DNA from: a virus
Taxonomy: Duplodnaviria; Caudoviricetes
Reading direction: 5' to 3' (one strand)
Virus record (IMG/VR): IMGVR_UViG_3300021978_000001
Coordinates: 160,001 to 224,000 of that record
DNA length: 64,000 nt
How positions within the stretch are numbered: position 1 is the first letter of the stretch; every line of letters begins with the position of its first letter. Shown in pieces: positions 61,245 through 64,000 of the stretch. The notes under the pieces were generated by a model that saw nothing but the letters and a program-made list of their open reading frames with translations, searched no databases and had not been told where the DNA came from. Position numbers and translations under genes: made by a program.

Positions 61245-61667
61245 TCACGCTTTTGCGAGCGCTGCCTTTGCGAGCTGATCAAGGAGACGCGTCGCGTTCC
61301 CCATATCATCTTCACCCACCTTGGTGGTCTTGTACGTGCGACGTACCTCGTTGGTGACCACGGTCACTTCGGCCTCGAAAGTGAGGTCGTAGTTATCGAG
61401 GAACACGACCGCGCTTACCGTGCGGCCTTCTCCCGAAGGGATACGCACGGACACTGTAGCGGTCTCCACGATCACATCACGAGCGGACGCGCCCATGGCC
61501 TTGCGCAGATACTCCCCTGCGGCGTTGAGCCATGCGCTGGTCGCAGCGAGCATAGGGTCACCTTGGCGACGCGCTTGCTTGTCGAGGTGAGCGATCACAG
61601 GCTTGAGGTCCTGGCGAAGATCAGGATTGGCGTTCCCGAGACGGATGAGTTGTGCTTTGAGGTTCAT
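61245..61667 (-). CDS. leader-family protein F
   Basis: MNLKAQLIRLGNANPDLRQDLKPVIAHLDKQARR. Confidence 0.75.
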   Translation of the reverse strand: MNLKAQLIRLGNANPDLRQDLKPVIAHLDKQARRQGDPMLAATSAWLNAAGEYLRKAMGASARDVIVETATVSVRIPSGEGRTVSAVVFLDNYDLTFEAEVTVVTNEVRRTYKTTKVGEDDMGNATRLLDQLAKAALAKA

Positions 61668-61677
61668 CGACGGTCTC

Positions 61678-61911
61678 CTAAAGGTGACAAAGGCGCTTGA
61701 GGTTGCGAATCTCGTTGGTCAAGGTCAGCGCGCTGACTTCACCGCGACCCGAGAAGTAGTTGTTCTTGTGCTCTCGAAGCTCGTCCACATTCTCGAACAC
61801 GAAGTAGGTCTTCGAGCCAGAACGCGCCGCTTCCAAGAAAGGCACATCAATGGCCTTGAGGTAAGCAGCGAAGTAGAGATCCGAGGTACGATAATCATGG
61901 TACACATCCAT
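61678..61911 (-). CDS. DUF5659-like small protein
   Basis: YRTSDLYFAAYLKA...TYFVF...IRNLKRL. Confidence 0.65.
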   Translation of the reverse strand: MDVYHDYRTSDLYFAAYLKAIDVPFLEAARSGSKTYFVFENVDELREHKNNYFSGRGEVSALTLTNEIRNLKRLCHL

Positions 61912-61937
61912 GCCACAACTCCCACTGTATGAATCGA

Positions 61938-62387
61938 TTATACGATGCGGACTTCGAGCCCGGTCCCTGCGACGCCACGCAAGTGGTTCTTGATCTCCTC
62001 TTCCGTGAGATGCCCTGCGACCTTGGCGAACGCGAAGGAAGCCTGGACGTACACGGTGGAGCCGTCTGCGCCCACATGATGGAGCTTGAGCGATTCAGGC
62101 TGCGCATACCCCGGGAGAGTCTTGAGCGTGTCGAGCACCTTGACAACCTGACGGTTGTAGCTGTCCGCAAACTTCGCGAGGCCGTTGACGTCGTACATCT
62201 CATCGGGCTTGAGGTACAAGCGGACAAAGAACGACACAGCCCAGGAATCACGACCCCTGGTGAGCATGAGACGACGCGTAGGACCTGCGGCTTGACGCTG
62301 CAATTCGGCATGCACCGCGCGAAGATCCGAGGCAAGCTCGGGGTGACGCTTCGCGAGCGTGGCGATGCGTTGGAGAAGATCAGACAT
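61938..62387 (-). CDS. leader-family protein G (divergent leader)
   Basis: MSDLLQRIATLAKRHPELASDLRAVHAELQRQAA. Confidence 0.7.
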   Translation of the reverse strand: MSDLLQRIATLAKRHPELASDLRAVHAELQRQAAGPTRRLMLTRGRDSWAVSFFVRLYLKPDEMYDVNGLAKFADSYNRQVVKVLDTLKTLPGYAQPESLKLHHVGADGSTVYVQASFAFAKVAGHLTEEEIKNHLRGVAGTGLEVRIV

Positions 62388-62534
62388 GGGTGTTCCTCGA
62401 ACAGAAGAGCCGCGAGGCAGCGCTGGACAGTACGAGGGTTGATCCTCGGGAGGACCATGACACTCACCATAGTCCGGGCGCTGCCTCAACGGCTCTTTTT
62501 GATTGGTTTGGTAAGACACGAGACCTTCAATGCA

Positions 62535-63215
62535 TCAAAGGCACGCCAGGGGATCGAACGTGATCATCCTGCCCTTTACAGAAGCTCCAGGACAGTTCAA
62601 GCCTGCGAGGAACTCTTGAGGGTCCGTGATGGTGTCCGCATCCAGGAAGCCCTTCATCATCCCCGAGCGTTGCTTCAGGTTCCAAAGAGAGTGATTGTGC
62701 GTGCGATCTCCCCATGCGATGATCTTTTGCATAAGCTCGGGGAACCATAGACCCGTCGTCAGGTCAATCTTGACCTCGACGACTTCCACTCTGTTTTCAC
62801 CGAGCGGGGCCGTGGTCTTTTTCTCGCTAAGGATCTTCCCGTAGACCGTCTCGATCGTACCACGCTGCTTATCATACTGCGCGTACACCGTGCTCGTGAG
62901 AGGCTTGGAGACGATCTGAGAGGTATAGATAACGCGTGATCCCGAGACCTTTACCGAGTTCGGAGACGCGAACGTCAAGCCAGGCACAGTCGGGTAGTCG
63001 TACTGGATTTTGTTATCTCGACGCGACAAAACGCCCTGAGCGACTTGAGGTGCAGAGCGAATCAGCTCACGCAGATACACGCCCCACTCCCTGGAGCTTC
63101 GCGAAGCCTGTGCCTGGCGACTCTTCGTCAAGTAGGTGAGTACCCTCTTGAGATGAGGCCGAAGCTCGGGGTGTGCATTCCCGAGCTTGATCAGGTGTTG
63201 TTTCAAATCAGACAT
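62535..63215 (-). CDS. leader-family protein H
   Basis: MSDLKQHLIKLGNAHPELRPHLKRVLTYLTKSRQAQAS. Confidence 0.75.
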   Translation of the reverse strand: MSDLKQHLIKLGNAHPELRPHLKRVLTYLTKSRQAQASRSSREWGVYLRELIRSAPQVAQGVLSRRDNKIQYDYPTVPGLTFASPNSVKVSGSRVIYTSQIVSKPLTSTVYAQYDKQRGTIETVYGKILSEKKTTAPLGENRVEVVEVKIDLTTGLWFPELMQKIIAWGDRTHNHSLWNLKQRSGMMKGFLDADTITDPQEFLAGLNCPGASVKGRMITFDPLACL

Positions 63216-63252
63216 CGCAAGTCTCCAGGGAGAAAGGGGAAGAGAAAACAGA

Positions 63253-63699
63253 TCAGAGCGTGAAGAGTGCGTCTCCCACGTCCGTGAAGACCTTGACCCA
63301 ACCCGCGTCGATCAAGCCTGCAATCACACCGTGATCGAACGACAGCAAGAACTGTCCCGTCTCGATGAGAGGGTAGGCAAGCAACGCGATGATCTGTGCT
63401 GCTTCCGCAGGAGAAGTACCTGCGATGCCGGTCAAGTTGTCTGCTTCCGTCTGCACGTTGCCGACCGAGATGTCATCGGCGCCCACGGTTGCCGCGATGA
63501 AGCCCGCAAGCTCCGCTGCGACGTTCGTCCCACCGAGTTCGATGAGGAGGTCGGTAAGCTCCCCTTCTGCGTCGATAGGGGTGATGTAGCGCTCCTGACC
63601 CACAGGGTAGAGGGTCTGCTCGCGCAAGGTCTGACGCTTGGTCAGGTCATTGAGAAGCACCCGCTCGAAGGGGGTACCGATTACTGCAATCTGTGCCAT
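63253..63699 (-). CDS. probable virion structural protein
   Basis: A/G/T-rich 148-aa ORF with AAGGAG RBS. Confidence 0.55.
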   Translation of the reverse strand: MAQIAVIGTPFERVLLNDLTKRQTLREQTLYPVGQERYITPIDAEGELTDLLIELGGTNVAAELAGFIAATVGADDISVGNVQTEADNLTGIAGTSPAEAAQIIALLAYPLIETGQFLLSFDHGVIAGLIDAGWVKVFTDVGDALFTL

Positions 63700-63718
63700 T
63701 GTGTTCTCCTTGATCGTC

Positions 63719-63997
63719 TCAATCGAGGTGTCCGCCGCGTTTCATACGCGCCAGCTCTTCCAGGATGTGTCCTACGTGCGTAAAGATCATGCCCAGTTCC
63801 CGAAAGAATGAAGCGTGATCTCGTGTTCTGTCGCGCCGAAGTCGTTCATACGACAGGGCCAGCTCTCGCTGTCTTCTTTGAATCGAAGCTGTCGAAGGTA
63901 AACCCTCGACATCGAGCGCCACGACCTCCCGTACTACTTCACTGACGACTCCCAATACCAATACCACTACCGTCAAATCGAGGAGACGGCGTGGCAT
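63719..63997 (-). CDS. hypothetical protein (may extend beyond the window)
   Basis: ORF at the window edge. Confidence 0.45.
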   Translation of the reverse strand: MPRRLLDLTVVVLVLGVVSEVVREVVALDVEGLPSTASIQRRQRELALSYERLRRDRTRDHASFFRELGMIFTHVGHILEELARMKRGGHLD

Positions 63998-64000
63998 CCA

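Overview
The window looks like a segment of a large, GC-rich, contractile-tailed jumbo phage genome, densely coding and almost entirely on the minus strand. A myxobacterial or Bradymonadales-type host is inferred from a host-style EGF/Cys-rich lipoprotein. From 1 to about 41.6 kb are early/middle accessory genes behind sigma70-type promoters (TTGAC-N17-TA): guanylate kinase, NUDIX, sphingomyelinase-like EEP, PLP enzyme, PAP2, Lon, DEDDh exonuclease, CYTH, GyrB, ECF sigma, dUTPase, tandem cold-shock protein, AAA ATPase, DUF1848, HNH, DHH and GroEL. This part also holds seven tRNAs (2 Leu including a rare A34 Leu-AAG, 2 Ser, 3 Thr). From about 41.7 to 64 kb is a virion module with a 1519-aa tail sheath, neck/tail-completion proteins and an HTH-fused actin-like ATPase. 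The most striking signal is a family of at least 8 otherwise unrelated small proteins in this module that share a ~30-aa leader (MSDLKxxLIRLGxxxPxLRxxLKPVxAxL), mostly followed by a K/R-x-A site. The leader is conserved at DNA level and in one protein sits internally between two domains. I infer a modular capsid-loading and protease-processing tag on diverse cargo proteins. All family calls come from motif recognition by eye; no database search was run.
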